Assembly: GCF_038025025.1 (NCBI RefSeq)
Contig: NW_027117349.1
Coordinates: forward strand, 434,001-498,000
Reading direction: 5' to 3'
Origin: Phyllosticta citribraziliensis
Lineage: Eukaryota
DNA length: 64,000 nt
The notes beneath the pieces are model-generated. The model was not told the DNA's origin, did no database searches, and saw nothing but the letters and a program-made list of their open reading frames with translations. Within the stretch, counting starts at the first letter, position 1, and every line of letters starts with the position of its first letter. This document shows positions 63,701 through 64,000 of this stretch, in pieces. A program made the translations under genes and the position numbers.

Positions 63701-64000
63701 CCATTCGGGACATGCTTTCCATGTTTGAAACGGCTGGCTGATGATGATCGACGTGATGGATGTCTGGTGAGGTTTCCGCTGTGGGTGTTAGTGAGAAAGC
63801 CATCATGGTCTACAATGAGCAGAGCGATCTTCTCTTGGCTTTGTGCTAAAACGGTCCATTCTTATTAGATGCCTCGGCTACAATCTTGAGGTAAGTCATC
63901 TTGAATGTGAGAAGTGTAGCTAGCCTGTCCTAAGATGTTGAGCGCGGTTGAGCCTCGGGCTGAATGTTGGCCTCACTGCGAGCGAGCGGCGGTTGTTCCT

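Overview
Gene-dense eukaryotic DNA from a filamentous ascomycete (Pezizomycotina-type short GT-AG introns with CTRAC branch points). I can support 21 protein-coding genes, mostly spliced. In order: TOM7, NHX1, a SUT1-like sugar/H+ symporter, a P5B ATPase, RPS1, a small unknown protein, a URC1/urg1-type GTP cyclohydrolase, ELF1, UPRT, WAPL, RHEB, an ABHD11-like hydrolase, G6PD, FAP7, HAM1, a P450-fold protein, myosin V, a secreted repeat protein, a Zn2Cys6 transcription factor, a DMML/OAH-like lyase and a secreted carboxylesterase. I recognised no tRNA, rRNA, transposon or CRISPR feature. The best leads are: (1) a Cys-free secreted precursor with eight 25-26 aa amphipathic repeats, seven ending in LxxR, a candidate Kex2-processed repellent/amyloid peptide system; (2) an intact P450-fold protein with no heme-ligating cysteine; (3) linkage of URC1 and UPRT, resembling the urg/URC uracil catabolism cluster; (4) a TF-lyase-esterase trio; (5) smaller splicing and targeting oddities, including an in-frame duplicated splice donor and a PTS1-like G6PD tail. 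Exon boundaries were read by eye, and family calls come from motif recognition, not database searches.
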